In this document: one piece after another, positions 63,773 to 64,000 of the stretch
Position numbering within the stretch: the stretch's first letter is position 1
Layout of the letters: each line of letters starts with the position of its first letter
Assembly: GCA_963744315.1 (NCBI GenBank)
Contig: CAVUTB010000008.1
Coordinates: 65,349-129,348 of the forward strand
Length of the DNA: 64,000 nt
Reading direction: 5' to 3'
Source of the DNA: an uncultured Acidobacteriota bacterium
GTDB taxonomy: Bacteria > Acidobacteriota > Vicinamibacteria > Fen-336
Program-made: the position numbers and the translations under genes
The notes under the pieces: generated by a model
Told to the model about the DNA's origin: nothing
What the model saw: only the letters and a program-made list of their open reading frames with translations
The model's database searches: none

Positions 63773-64000
63773 GGTGCGCGAAACGGCTCAGTTGGCGGGC
63801 CGCCCTGCGCGGGCCAGCGGACGCCGCGGCGATCGCGAGGAGGACGCTCGTGGCACGCAACACGACGAAGGCGCGACCCGATCTCGGCAGCATGTCTCCT
63901 CCGATGGAGGCTGTAAGCTATGCGCTCGCGGGCAAGCGGTCAAAACGCACGGCTTCTGGCCGCTCGCGAGTCACGAGAATGGGCGAGAACGACGGCAGCA

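Overview
Very GC-rich (about 70%+ by eye) bacterial chromosomal window. Gene content (several Hanks-type kinases with TolB-like propellers, a wHTH-FHA regulator, EfpL-type EF-P, recG-rsmD-coaD synteny) suggests Acidobacteriota, possibly Vicinamibacteria; this is inference. Single-base indels break many genes, including essential ones (tsaC, recG, coaD, serA, icd, mdh), so I treat them as long-read errors, reconstruct genes across frames, and give approximate ends. Housekeeping content: tsaC/sua5, an RlmN-like methyltransferase, exeA/exeB, ABC-F, yggX, a DEAD-box helicase, recG, rsmD, coaD, an aspC-like aminotransferase, serA, an ABC exporter, efpL, icd, mdh. I saw no rRNA, tRNA, CRISPR array or transposase. 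Best candidate for an undescribed system: a tightly packed minus-strand 4-gene operon (about 21.5-27.5 kb, sigma70-like promoter). It encodes a membrane-anchored Amidase_2-like peptidoglycan amidase, an actin-fold ATPase resembling archaeal volactin, a signal peptide-TPR-Ig-TM-STAND-type ATPase and a second soluble paralogous ATPase. Other points of interest: an exported receiver-fold protein, a metzincin with a possible NTR/TIMP-like partner, a DnaA-box triplet far from dnaA, a desaturase/B12-radical SAM cluster, an ATP-grasp/FemAB-like/TPP cluster and apparent leaderless promoters.
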